NCBI GenBank assembly: GCA_030704615.1
Contig: CM060733.1
Location: 67,766,001 to 67,830,000 of the forward strand
DNA from: Takakia lepidozioides
Taxonomy: Eukaryota > Plantae > Bryophyta
Reading direction: 5' to 3'
Length of the DNA: 64,000 nt
The position numbers and the translations under genes are program-made. The stretch's first letter is position 1; each line of letters opens with the position of its first letter. This document shows, one piece after another, positions 13,481 through 26,681 of this stretch. A model generated the notes under the pieces. That model made no database searches, was not told the DNA's origin, and worked only from the letters and a program-made list of their open reading frames with translations.

Positions 13481-14061
13481 ACTCGTGCTTTCGACGCGCA
13501 CTGTCTTGTAAGAGAACGCCACCCATCCACACCATCTTCCGTGAAGGAGTTCTAAGTCCTGAAGGGGGGGGCGCATGTTGACTCCTTTTGCGATCCGGTG
13601 GATGATGATTTCATCTACAACTACGTGGATGCATCACTTACAGTGCTGCGGGCGTCCAGAGAGCCATGGAGAGGTGCACGGGAGAAGAGTCCGGCCTTTA
13701 TGCAAACTGTCATCGAGTCTTGCAGCGTTCAAGGGTCCTAGGTTGTTGATCTCGCTCTTGGAACATGTTCGTGGTTTTGCACTGACAGTCTCGTAATGTT
13801 CTACCTTCATTTGCTATTCTTTTTGGATTGCAGGTACTCCTTGCTCTTTGCTCATTGATCGTTTATGCATGTAGGGGCTCATTCCATGTCTGCAAGGCAG
13901 CAGGAAGGCATCTGTTTGCCTTGAGGGCGATGCCGACCTCTACAATGAGGTGATAGCTCCTCTCCATGAGGGCTCGACTTCAGGCACGCAGATAGATGCG
14001 ACACTCGCTGCAGTGGCCTTGGAACACGAAGACATGGACATTGACGACGATTTTGATTGTG
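13481..14061 (+). pseudogene. Second, diverged MTase-domain C-terminal fragment
   Basis: TRAFDAHCLVRE..PVDDDFIYNYVD..PWRGAREKSPAFMQTVIESCSVQGS*VVDLALGT / GSFHVCKAAGRHLF..EGDADLYNEVIAP. Same exon breaks as the 10140-10690 copy. Confidence 0.75.
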
Positions 14062-15219
14062 AGTAAGTCTATACCATTCTTTTACGTTCTTCTTTGTCAG
14101 CTTTTTCTTCTTCAGTTGGGCCTCCACTGTGGTGTGAGAATGGGGGATGCTCATGAAACTTTGGGATGTTTTTGCAGGAGCCCAAGAACTCCAAGGTTTA
14201 TCCCTTTCTTTGCGAACCCAGACTTCTATCCTAGTCCGAAATCTGGATGAACATCTCTGTAATGTAACAGATTTGGAAGCCAGGGGATGAATTCCGGTGA
14301 CAGAAATCGTAATTTGTTCGGAGGCTGCAGCCACAACATTTGCTCTCCAGGCATCTCCCCCTCCTCTGCTTCGCGACCGGAGGGGAAATGTGGATAGCAG
14401 GGCTAGGGTGTTCATTGATATTTGTGCTTTAGTTTCGGATGCAAACTCCTCTGGCAGTGGATCTTCTTGTTCAAAATGATCCATTTCTTTTCAAACTATC
14501 TATCAATAAACCAATACCGAGTTGTTTGATTTGAATCCGGTGTATGCCTCTAGACCTGTTCTTCTCTTCATAACTTCCTTCATCTATGTTTCTCCATTCA
14601 TCCATATTTGAGGCGTCCACAATACATGCCCTCAACATCCATCCTATTGTCAATTGTTCATCCATGCATTCATGCATCCATCGGTGTGCCATAGTTCATC
14701 CAAATTCAATGTTACGTTCATCCAAAGTTCATCCAAAATGCATCAAATATTCATCCAACATTCATCCACATGCGCACAATGTCTCTTCTACAGAGTTGCA
14801 AACTACTGCTTGGTTGTATGCATCCTTTCCCGCAGATACAGGTCTCCCGGGGTTTTCTCATCCATGGTTATAGGCCCGCGCGGTGACAATCGTCCTCATC
14901 TGTTAGCATCTTCCCGCTCACGGATGAGCATCTTCTTGCTCACGAATCTTTCCGCTCACGTGGGCTGCTCACGGATTAGCATTCCTCATTTGGAGCAAGC
15001 TAAAACTAAAAACTACTTCATGCAACATTCCAACATAAATTCTCTGGACACTGCACTGAGCCCAAAACCCTAACTACTCAGCAGCCTTTCTTCTTGACCA
15101 ACTAGAGCATCCCCTCGATCGCCACCATAGTAGGCTCTCGGAGTGGGAAGAAGAGTGAGGGCGTTCTTGAAAAGTACCGAAGCCCCCCTGTGAATGAAAT
15201 AGGGCAACAAAGACTGATA

Positions 15220-16540
15220 TCGGGATGATGTTCAAAGGAAGAAGAGCCCCGCGCAAGGTATACCTGCGCCACAATACACTTGTCATGTTGCATTTTTTTT
15301 TTTTGCATCGTATAAGACGTAAGGTTTTATTTAGAGATATGAATGACACTGATTATGATATGGGCATGGGGATGGTGCCAGAAAATGCACTACTTTCCAA
15401 TCATCCCGCAATTGAAGGCGCATTACCGAAGCCCCTCATTGGCAAAACTGATGAGATGGCACGTTTTGCATTGGAGCCCCCCGAGAAAGGTGTGCGGGCC
15501 ACAAGATTCACAAGCATGGAGGCATACTGAAGAGATATGGCATTTTCTCTTGGATGACCCATGACATGTCCGCCTCGGCTTCTCCACAGATGGGGTCAAC
15601 CCATTCTCTATCCAGTCATGTAGTCATTCCACTTGGCCGGTGACCATGGTGAATTACAACATCCCACCGTATCTTTCAATAAGAAAAGGCCATATCATGT
15701 TGGCTGCCATTGTACCAGGTGAGTGTTCCCATTTCATGTTTATTATTCCCTTGGATTTTACATTTAATCTTTTGATCTTTGGCGCAATTCCGATGGAAGA
15801 TTGATGAGTGACATAATCATGGAGTAAGATGTGTCATTCATTATGAAGTATAATTAGCATGGTGGAGCATTGAAACAATTAATGGTGTGAATGTCTCATA
15901 GAGAAAAAACAAGTGAAAGACATGGACACGTACTTGCGACCACTAGTTGATGAACTTAAGGAGCTATGGAGAGGGGTCCCGACATTGGATTCTTCACTTG
16001 ACCCTATAGCCGGACAATCTTTTCAGATGAGAGGCATCTTGTTTTGGACAATGCATGATTATCCAGGTAGAACCCACGTACATTTACTTGTCAAGGGATA
16101 TTGATGAGGATTAGGATTGATTGAAGTAGCTGCGATAGTCTTGTACACCATAGGGTAGATGCACATGACAACTTTTTGTCTTCGTTAGTGTGGCGGGATG
16201 TCTACAGGACTTACTGTTTGCTCGGGGCTGAGCACCAAAGGGTACCACACATGCCTGCATTGTGGCGATGAATTTGATGCACAAAGCTCCCGTAATCTTC
16301 ACAAGATGGTGTATCATAACTACCGCAAGTTTCTTCTTATGTGCCATCGTTGGAGAAGAAGAGAGAAACACTTGTTTGATGACAAAGAGGAGTTACATCC
16401 CCCCCCCCCCCCCCCCCCGTGACACCATCCGGGCACTTTTGGGAAGACCGATGGAAAGAGGCACATCCGAAAGGGTCCGGTGAAGTGGAGGTGTCCGACA
16501 TGAAGCAACTTTCAATCTTCTATGAGTTGTCATATTGGGC
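15220..16540 (+). mobile_element. CACTA/En-Spm Tnp2 (Transposase_21) remnant with introns
   Basis: HVRLGFSTDGVNPF..STWPVTMVNYNIPP..IVPG; DMDTYLRPLVDELKELWRGV..LFWTMHDYPG; SGLSTKGYHTCLHC. Confidence 0.9.
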
Positions 16541-17340
16541 GGTACATATTCCACAAAAACACCATCAATATTGCTATGCATGCATGTGATATTGCATGTT
16601 TTGTATGATTTCCATTGTCACTTTCACAACAAAATAGGCGTGTAAGAATTTATGGGTGGGGATATATATAGGGTCCGTTCATTTTAAGATGGCTCAGAAG
16701 TATATGTCCAGTCTGTCTGTTCATTGTCACAGTTTTTCATCCAACACCATATATCACACACAAAATAATATAATCAAACATGAAATAATACTCTTTCGAC
16801 GACAAAATGGATTGACAAACCATCACAACAAATGAAATAAGAATTGAAAATCTATTCACAATTTTATGGATTACTTTTCACAATACAGTCAAGACGTCAG
16901 TGTCCAAGTAGATCATCTTTCATGTGCACAACCTTTAACAAGTAATTTTTTTACACAATCCACTTGATATGCATTTATTGACATGTAGACCAAAGAGGAT
17001 GTTCAATTTCATGAATTTATAACTGTAAATGTGCATGCATAAAGTAAAATTGTAGATGCAAAACTCATGACATTTGTTGTAATTCTCTATTCGTCAAAGC
17101 TCCACTTGACATTAATGATTTTAAATTCAAAGTATTATTCCGCAATGTTGTAGTATTCATAGTATTGAAAGTATATTGGAAGTAATCTAAATTTTATTTT
17201 TTGTCCTTACAATACGTTGAATTTTTAAAAGGACGATCAGGATTGGAGACCAGGAATCCTTGGCTATCATATAGTCATCTTACCATCCACCCACAAGAAA
17301 AACCTTGAGAGGTAAGCCACGAATAAATGGTATAGTATTG

Positions 17341-17662
17341 CTACGCGTTGCTCCGGAAGCTTCAACGAGGGCCGCAGCGTTTACCGAGTTACGGAATGTG
17401 ACGGAGCAAGGGGGTCTCCAGATAGATGCTTTTCAGCTGAAGCTAGAAGATAAATATATTGACTGTCTCTGAAGCGGACTATGCCGTCCTGGTGGCCAAG
17501 CGCAGCGAGAATTCCAGTAAATTTGTAGTGGGCGATGATGGCTTGGGCTATGGTGACGTTGGGGAGGAGGAAGAGTGGATGTCAACCACTTTCCTGACGA
17601 TTCCGACGATGACGGTGATGGATCCTGGCTGAAGCGCAAGAAAAGGAATCCGGACGGAACTG
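17341..17662 (+). pseudogene. DNA polymerase alpha catalytic subunit N-terminal exon fragment
   Basis: EASTRAAAFTELRN..FQLKLEDK/TVSEADYAVLVAKR..FVVGDDGLGYGDVGEEEEW..DDSDDDG..KRKKR, then GT donor. Resembles DNA_pol_alpha_N. Frameshifted; no downstream polymerase exons recognised. Confidence 0.7.
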
Positions 17663-19296
17663 GTAAGCTTCCGATAGAGGGTTCCTTTTTTATTGATACT
17701 GGGTGCAGAGTGCAGAGAGAGTAGGGAGTGAGGGGGGTTGGGCCTTTTGGTGAACAATATGGAAACTACCTGCTAGCAAGGTAGTTCTGTATTTGTTCAT
17801 GGGATTGGGCAGCCCGCCATTGCATTGATTCTTCGTGATTCTTGCACAATGTGGCAGATGCGAAAAGGGAAAAGGGAATGGCAGCGAATGGCAGGGAATG
17901 GTCACCCCTGAGAGCATCCTGGACAATGTTCTGGCCGTTATAACTGCCCGATGATGTTGATCGCGAGCGAGAAATGCCTTCCCACCCTACTCTCCACATA
18001 GTTTCTGGTACCACCTTCTTGAACCTTCCACGGATGCAGTGTCATTTCCCTCCTTCATTTATATAAATAAACCTGTGATCATAATTTTTAGGAAATTCCA
18101 GGAACTCAGAGAAAAAGTAAGAAAGACAAGAAAAAAAAAAGAAAAAATTATTGCATCCACAGAGGGATACAAGCAGAAAGAGAAACACTTTTAGAGGAGG
18201 CCCCACAGGCCCATTGGAGGATGAGTGAAAGAAGAAACTTCAGAATGCCCACAGGCGAGAAATGAAATGAAATGACATGAAGTGTCTTTCTTTGCCCCTG
18301 ACCCTGCTGTCTCTTGGCTTGCCAGGATCGTTTGAGTTTTCTGTCTACAAAGATTGATCTGGGGTGTTTCCCCTTTCCGCACCAAAGAATATGAGAAAGA
18401 GAGAAGTTTAATCCGAGTGTTTCCCCTTTTCATGAGAGAAAAGAAGTACAGAAAAGTTGAGTACCATCTGCTCTCTTCCTCCATTGTTTTCTTCCTTGCC
18501 AGTGTCCTTGAATGCTGCTCAAGCATAACCATAACAAAGGACTTCCCCAGATGAAGGGAGATGGCTTAGATTCAAGTTCCAAGCCTCATAAGGTGTCTGT
18601 TTTGCTTTACATTCTTTCCTACTTGTCTTCACTACAGAATTTCCTGCAAGACTTCTTGCCCTTTGCCAACTGCCACCAGAAAAATGCAATGGTCTGTCCA
18701 CCTCAATTTTGAAGCTGAGAGACTGCTGGGTTCATTACATGTGCAAGGAAGAGTAAAACTGCCAAAATTTAAATGGAGTAGGCAGGTGCTTACTCCAAAG
18801 CCTATATCGACCGCAGCTTCCTTTCAAAAGAAAAGCCTGCTGAAAGGTTGTGCTCAGCTCTTTGCATCATAGACATAAGTAAAAGAATGGCAGAACAATT
18901 TGGGTTGGAGGAGGGAGGGTACATGTTTGCTGGTGCTTATTTGGATAGAGCAGATCTTGAATGATAGTAAGTACATGTCATTCTTGTTCTACTAATGCAG
19001 TTATTAAGGAACCTGCCATGCATGGATTGTTATCTGGTTGCTCAAGAGATATGGAATATGAGGCTTTGAGCTGTTTGACGGGATGCCCACCCACATTGCA
19101 GATAATTTTCTGCTTTTGTGGGAGGGATATCAATTCTCATGTATATTAGCGAATGATGTATGTGTTCAATAAGCCACTGTACTTAGTGTGTAGTGGTTAA
19201 AGCAAGCACCAAGGGAGGTACAACAGCTACAGCTTCCAGCTTAATCATGTTCACATCTGAGCAGAACCTATTTCCTTGGTTGGTGATGGATTGCAG

Positions 19297-20062
19297 AAGG
19301 AATTTGAATTTCTTCGTCTGGATGGCACTCTATCTCAACAACAAAGAGAGAAGGTGCTGAAAGACTTCAGCAGCAACTCAAAGATACTTGTAAGGTTTTC
19401 TTGCTATCCCGGAGTTTGTCAGTTTGGGGATTGAATGAACTCCCTGAGAGAGAGAGAAGAACACAGCACTCCAAGGTTTTTGGGTTACTTGTCACCCCAC
19501 TCTCCCCCTAAAAAAGCATTTAGAAATGCTAATGTGCAAAGAGAGGAGGACTATGTTCTGAACACTGTAGTTCTACACCTCTGCAATTCGATGTCTCAGT
19601 CTGTGTTCTGTGCAAAAATCTAGTGAGCTTCATGGATGACCTGAAGCTTGTCATTTCTCTTTGAAGGCAGGAGGGGTGGGCCTAAATCTCACGGCTGCCT
19701 CCAATGCTTTCCTTTTGGGAGGTTCATAGACTATTTTCTTCCTGAAATGAGAGACATTCTTTGATAAGGGCTCCATGCAAGATTAATAGGTCAAACTACC
19801 TCAGTAGCCTTTGTCTTCCATAGGAGACTCTTAAGCAGTTAATCCAGATTCTTGCATTATTCCTGTCAAGTTTTATTTATAAAAGAGTTTTTGGTAAGCT
19901 CAATTTTGAGTATGGAAATGGCAACTGTAATGGACCCTATAGTCTGCTTTATAGTCTACATGGATGATCTGAGAGATGTTTTCTGGGTTGAAGGATCAAT
20001 GGTGGAATCCAGCAGTCGAAAAACAGGCTGTCATGTGCATTCATCGCATCGGTCAAACCAAG
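19297..20062 (+). pseudogene. RAD5-like SNF2 helicase C-terminal exons (orphan)
   Basis: FLRLDGTLSQQQREKVLKDF; LKAGGVGLNLTAASNAFLL; DQWWNPAVEKQAVMCIHRIGQTK (helicase motifs IV-VI) with introns retained. Degenerate. Confidence 0.85.
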
Positions 20063-20945
20063 TATGACTTACGCGGAGACCAACCCGAAGGAGGGTCACA
20101 TCATTCAGCACTGTCTTGGAGAGAACTACTAGATGTAGAAATTTCGGAATCTATGAGTTTATGTTTTCAGTACCTTTGTGGTGTACGTTCGATGTAGTGG
20201 ACCCAAGTAAAGCTGAAGCAAGTTGAAGAGGCCACCATTGCAGTCATTTATGCATCAGCATATGGAAACACAGCTGCTCTTGCCTGGAAGCTATAAGGTT
20301 GGTATGGCCTCTTCCTTTTCAGTTTCTGTATGTGATACTTATGTCATCCTGATATTTGCATGTATATTGTTCTTCCTTTTCTTTTTAACCAGATAGTTCC
20401 AAATGTGCTCATGAAGATTTTGTAATTCGTATTGTCTCTATGTGTCTCTTAGTCATTGGCTTTGGTGTAGTGGGACTGATTCAGTGCTATAGGCCCCAGC
20501 ACTGGCAATGAATTTAAGATTAGGAAATGTCTCCAACTAGTCTATCCCTAATTTTCTCTATTGGCCAACAAGGTCTAATGCCTCTGGACTATGGCCAGCA
20601 GGGTCTTTTGAGTACAAGCCATCTGTCTCCCAAAGGGTCCCCAAAAAAATGAGATGGAGCTAGCCCTGGCATGAACATCAAATCCAACCTTAATGCATTT
20701 AGCTCAAAAGGCAAACTGAAGGCAAATTGTGATCTTGTGATCTTTGTGTCATTTTTTCAGCAGTAGATACTGCATTTTCCTCGACTCTGATGGCTCCATT
20801 GGGTGATTCTGGTGCCAGCCAACAGAAGCAACACTCCAGACATTAAACCCAAACCCAAACCTGATCTTCTTTGCTTCTGGTACTTGTGCCTAGCTTCTAC
20901 AGAGAAGCTGCATGTGAAAAAGGCAGAGCAAGAGGAAAGAAAAGG

Positions 20946-21850
20946 TATCTCTTTACAGAAACCAGCTCACATACATGGTTTCATTGTGTACAAGCGTGGT
21001 TTGGTTTTCAACTCATCTGTATTCAGGAGAATGGCCACAAGGTCTTATGAGTACATTCACTTTTTTTGGTACTATTCAGGAGATGTCTGCCCATAATCAG
21101 ATTTGCAGACAAAATTTAAAGTGGTGTACATATCCTTGTAGCAAGCCTTACTCTCCCACTGATTCACTAAAACAAAGCTACATGCAGATATATTGTTGAC
21201 CTATTTCATTTGGGAATGCCATGGAACATGTTTGGGGTGTATCTCTTTACAGAAACCAACTCACATACATGGTTTCATTCGTGTACAAGCGTGGTTTGGT
21301 TTTCAACTCATCTGTATTCAGGAGAGTGACCACAAAGCTACTGGCCACAAGGTCTTATGAGTACATTCACTTTTTTTGGTACTATTCAGGAGATGTCTGC
21401 CCATAGTCAGATTTGCAGACAAAATTTAAAGTGGTGTACATATCCTTGTAACAAGCCTTACTCTCCCACTGATTCACTAAAACAAAGCTACATGCAGATA
21501 TATTGTTGACCTATTTCATTTAGTTGGCCATTGATGGGAATGCCATGGAACATGTTGGGGGTGTATCTCTTTACAGAAACCAACTCACATACATGGTTTC
21601 ATTCGTGGTTTGGTTTTCAACTCATATGTATTCAGGAGAATGGCCACAAAGCTACTGGCCACAAGGTCTTATGAGTACATTCACTTTTTTTGGTACTATT
21701 CAGGAGATGTCTGCCCATAATCAGATTTGCAGACATACATATCCTTGTAACAAGCCTTACTCTCCCACTCTAAAACAAAGCTACATGCAGATTGACCTAT
21801 TTCATTTAGTCGGCCATTGATGGGAATGCCATGGAACATGTTTGGGGTGT
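20946..21850. repeat. Tandem repeat, about 300-bp unit x3
   Basis: TATCTCTTTACAGAAACC recurs at 20946, 21240 and 21564 with near-identical downstream sequence. Confidence 0.9.
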
Positions 21851-22861
21851 TCAGGGGAGCAAAGAAGCACAAGCCCATGTTCAAACAGGACCCTAAGGCG
21901 GCGATTTGGGGCCAGCTTACCGAAGTATTAGTTGGCACAGGTTTAAATAGGACCCTAACGCCGAACGCCGAAACACCTACGTAGAATAGGAGCGCATGCC
22001 AAGAACCGTTTTCTATCGGTTGTCTTCTTCTTCGCGCAGTCGTCGGCGTCCTCCGTTTTCTATTGTTTCCTTCGCGTAGTGGCCCTCTCCTCTCCCTCTC
22101 CTCTGCGCCCTCATCCTCCTCGCTCTCCTTGTGAATAGGTGCACCAATAACCTTTCTTAACACCTGTACCTAGTTGAGTTTTAGTTGAGAACTTTGTCTC
22201 TTTCGCAGGTGAATACTCCTCCTCCGCACTCCTCTTGGTGCACTCATGGACAATGACATGATCCCCCAGAGGATTAGACATAGTTAATCTAACTAAGGGT
22301 TATTTTCAAACAGTTATAGGTTTACCGAGTGAAGGAGAGGATGTGAGACAGCTGAAACCAAAATGGGAAAAAGAGATTGTCGAGCTATGGGGGTAGAGAG
22401 TAGATACCAAGGGGTATCTTTACATAGGTGGAAGCGCACCCCCAGAGCTGAGAAAAGAACTCTTGAGCTTGTGGAGTAGGGTGTACCAATCAGCAAAACC
22501 AGCTGGTGGCATCATTTCCATGAGTTTCATGAGAGGTTTTACCTGTGAGAGACATGGCGTCGAGGTGGATTGGGCCAAGTTTGCGGAGGAAGCAAATAGA
22601 CGGCGAGGTTCTATTCAAGCTGGGAAGAAGGAGGAAAAATTTCAAGAAGACCATCGGGTACAGGTGTGTTGTCTTCTTCGTGAAGCAAACATGGAGCACA
22701 CACTATCTTTTACAAGCACGCCTTCAAGCAAAGTGGTGCAGGGAAGGTATGTGCATTGTCGGCCATGAATCCTTGGAATTATGGTTGGCCCTTCCCTGCT
22801 CTTCGCATCTGATCATTGATGCACTCCCACATAATCACTTGTGATGCTGTATCCTCCGATT

Positions 22862-24546
22862 TCATTTCACAGATTCGATTGTCATAATCTTGCGGTAATT
22901 CGAATGGTACACATGACACGCCATTGTGCTCCAACCGTGTATTCGTTTGACGTTGTCGAATATAATCCAACTCGACCCCAGTTCACCACCGACCCGCATC
23001 ATGTCCACCAAATGGACTCCACAGCCTTTACCAACAGTTGACATCTTGAAGACAAAGGATCTCTCGTCCACACTCCCTTGACCTGGAAAACGGCTGCCCT
23101 GGATATAGTCGTACCCGCTCCAACTTTTCATTGTCATTAACGCTTCCACATCGCTCCCAATCCCCATTGCCGCTTTTGTCTTCTGTGTCTCGTAACGAAC
23201 ACCACATCTGCTCACTACACCCACTTCTTCCATAAGCTCCTCGAATTGCTCATCAGATAGCTTCCAACTCTCCGTTGCACCAGGAGATAACACCTTCTCC
23301 ATGACGATAGATTCAGCAACAGATAGCTGAACTAATTTGGGCCTGGCTGAGGGTGACCTTTGGATCTCTTCTGCAATGCACTTTTTGCCTTTGCTGCTGC
23401 TTCCCGACACAGCCCAGGTGCAAAGGGGTGTGAGTGGTTCCCAACATGGACGGCTGCTCTTGTCATTGTTGGTGGACCAAGAATGTAAAACATTTTCGCC
23501 AGGCAAATATGCATGCACGTGGGTGCATGATTGCATACTGCGCATACAAAGGTATTTGACAGAACTTGGCTCTGTGGCTTGAACTGTACCTTGGAGTGCC
23601 CCAACCAATGCATCTCATTGTGCGCTCCCTCCCTGACGAAGAATGGGCACGTTCCCCGGACGCACCTCAACGCTCCAACACAATAAACATATATGTCATG
23701 TGAAAGTTGGTTAGTACGATTGTGGCACTACCTGGACAAACAATGTAAGTCTACACCGACTACAAAAAGTCGTATGGCAATGTCTACCACTGAAAATGGA
23801 AACATCACCTCACAGCGCCGCCTTTTGAACCAATGAGCGGGAGCTTGATGTTGGTTGTTTTTGTGACCGTCCATGGATTCCCGTCGTATTTGCGGTCCAT
23901 GCCCTCAAGCTGCCCAGCTGGAGATGTGTTCGATGTGGGCGGCAACTCATACAAAACATCACCATCAACGATCCTCGGCAAGCATCTCACCTTCCTTGCT
24001 TCAACATTTTCAAAATTTATCCTTCCAACTGGATCTAATAACCACACATTCATCGCTGTCGCCACTAGAGAGCTCAATGCTCTCAGTTTTCACCACATTA
24101 GCACCACGGACGGAAGCCAGAGTAGGATGCTCACGAGTGGTTGAAAGCCTGTCTGTCGTAGCTCGGACACCAAATACTTTGTATATGACCTCACCTGTAA
24201 ATGGCAGATCCCATGACTTGTTCTCGGCGTCTCGAACTGGATCCAGGATGTGGGTTTCGGTGACGCCCCCTTCACTGACGTCCTCCACCTCAACAACAAG
24301 AGAGAGAGGGTCCAAATTAAACCTTCCAAGTATTACATTGTCAAGCAGGAACACTTGGTCTCCCTGTGCCTTCACCTTCACAAGATCAGAGGACGGTGAA
24401 CATTGCAGCCTCACGAACCGTTCCATGTTCGGCTGCTTCAAGCCTGGGTCGCTGTCTGGGACTCCGACGTGCAAACTGGAGTACTCTGCCAAATCTACAA
24501 AGCGTGTGAGCACTGGGGCAGATGAGGAGCACATGACCTGTTGCAA
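22862..24546 (-). pseudogene. Mutator-like transposase, 5' half (GCM/WRKY-like Zn finger to first catalytic Asp)
   Basis: YVYCVGALRCVRGTCPF..RAAVHVGNHSHP; GYDYIQGSRFPGQG..FKMSTVGKGCGV..WIIFDNVKRI..TMACHVY aligns with 61260-61500. Truncated after RKIMTI. Confidence 0.75.
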
Positions 24547-26681
24547 GCATGCAATGCAGTTTACGATTTCCTAACGAACTGTACGTCAACAACGGTAAAA
24601 AATAAATGCAAAAGGAATATTTAATGGATTTTAGGTCGGATGAAAATCGTGTGCGCAACAACTGGCGGCGACACGTTCAGCTGGCAACGGCCATTTCGAA
24701 ACAACCATTAACCTCCTCTTTATCTGAATTTGTTCTACGCCACAGGGGGATGCCTTATTGTCGTTGCCGACCACGCCTATTTGAAAGGCATGAACATTGT
24801 GAAATAGTTAGTGGGACAGGTTTTCTTCCGTAGTCAGTACCGACTTCATAAAGTTCAAATTAATTCCGGCGACGGATCAGGCAGATTTACATTGAATTGG
24901 AAGACGAATCCGACCAGTTTTTGTTGAAGCCGGCCAACAGATCTGCCAAGGTCGCTAAAGATGTTCATTTCATGTGGTTTTTTTGGCAAATTGGCTTGCG
25001 AACGGAATAGTCGGCAGCGACTATTGCTTAAAGTGACAAGCGCTTTCCATTAATGCATTGTAGTCGCTGCCGACTTCCCTACGAACGCACAAATTTGCCT
25101 TCCAATAGATTTTTTGGCTTAAATGTGCTTGTAGTCGGGACCGACCTTCAGATACTCAGTTGAAATTAAAACCATTTCCCACATTGTGAGGGTGTAGTCG
25201 GCGCCGACAAATGTGCTTGGCGGATGTTGTGGCAGTTTGCGCCGCATGGAGGCAGTCGATGATATCCAAGTCGGCACCGACCTTATGGAATTATTGAAAT
25301 TCGTGGAAATTTACAGAGTTAAAGACAGTGAACACATCCACTTCAAAGGCATTATAGTGTATGGTCGGTGCCGACCAATTCTTGCGGATGGCATTTCCCG
25401 ACTGTGTGGTTGCCAATTCAGCTCTTCAGGGATAGGCATAGGCATCCATTACACTGCAAGGGCAAGCAAGCAAATCAACCCATGCAAGGCAGATGGACAA
25501 ACCATGTAACACACTAAACCATCATGCCATACACACGGGAGAAATAATCCTCTGTTGGAAAAAATTCAATCACACTGGAGGTGTAGCAAGAGCATGAACA
25601 CTCAGCCCGTGATGCTGGCATACTCACTGTTTATCAGAAGTCTGCCATTCCTAAAGAAGATTCCGCTTCATCAACTCTACAATGCACATTTCATGCCATC
25701 AGTTCACTAGCCTGGTTCTAAAGCCACACACAATGTTCCCACATTACCACCCACAAGAGCATGCCCTGCCATCTGGACCACTCCGCATCTCCCACCCAAC
25801 CAGCTACAACGGAGAGACAAATCTCTCAAGTTCCCCAACCCGACCCTGATCCAAAACCCCTCCCCACAGTCCCTCCATTCCCATACCACAAACCATGTGA
25901 TTGAGGTGATATTATTGGCTATGTCAAAATCCGTGATATTTCAAGACATAGACTCTTTAATTTGCAAATTAGATTTAGTCATTCACATCCGGAATATGCG
26001 CTATGTGACTCATAATTTCTGCTCCTCCAGAAACTTCCACGAGCCTGCAGAGGATATTAAGATTCGGGGATATGAAGTTCCGATATGGAGTTCGGATAGT
26101 AGAAGTTGATTATACCATTTAAGATGACGTTCTGCAAACCCGGACCCCCATTGCACCCAGAAGAGATTCGCGGATATGACATTGACAACGTTTGATTGAA
26201 CATAAATTTTACCATTCATTCCTCTTATATTTCTCATCCTAAACTATTTGGATGGAGTCGAAGCCACGTGTCGGAAATTACTGAGTCATCTAGCAGAGTG
26301 GCAGGAGGCTATTTCTCAATTTGGGGATGTGGCAGCCATCTCATATTTCTGACATAGGTTTGGATGGAGTTAATTCGACGCACATTTAACATCCACATCG
26401 GATGACAACGGATGGCGTGCTTCCATGGATGGGGGATTCGATTTTTCATCCGTTATTGCTATTTGAATATTGGCGTGGGCCACGTGGCACATAGTCCGGT
26501 TACGGCGTGTAGCCGGCTGCGTGGCACTACCTCAATTTCGTAGGCATACGTTACGGCCCGCGTAGGACGGGTTCTGATCCTTTTCCGGGTTCGGTAGTGC
26601 ATACGGTCATGCGGATTCTCCTCTGCGGTGCTCGACTCTTCGGCTTCACTTTCTATTTTCAAGCAGGGGAACGTTGTCATC

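Larger units (their letters stand above)
9071..14980. mobile_element. Non-autonomous copy of the MULE/ParB-MTase element bounded by 14-bp inverted repeats
   Basis: GCTATTCCGTGAGC (9071-9084) and GCTCACGGATTAGC (14967-14980) match 13/14 as inverted repeats. Clustered CGTGAGC repeats inside both ends; TTCATCC repeats at 14595-14770. No TSD seen. Confidence 0.65.

Noticed and set aside
16399-16418. Poly-C run giving poly-Pro/Gly ORFs
   Set aside because: Homopolymer inside a dead CACTA remnant; may be slippage or sequencing error.
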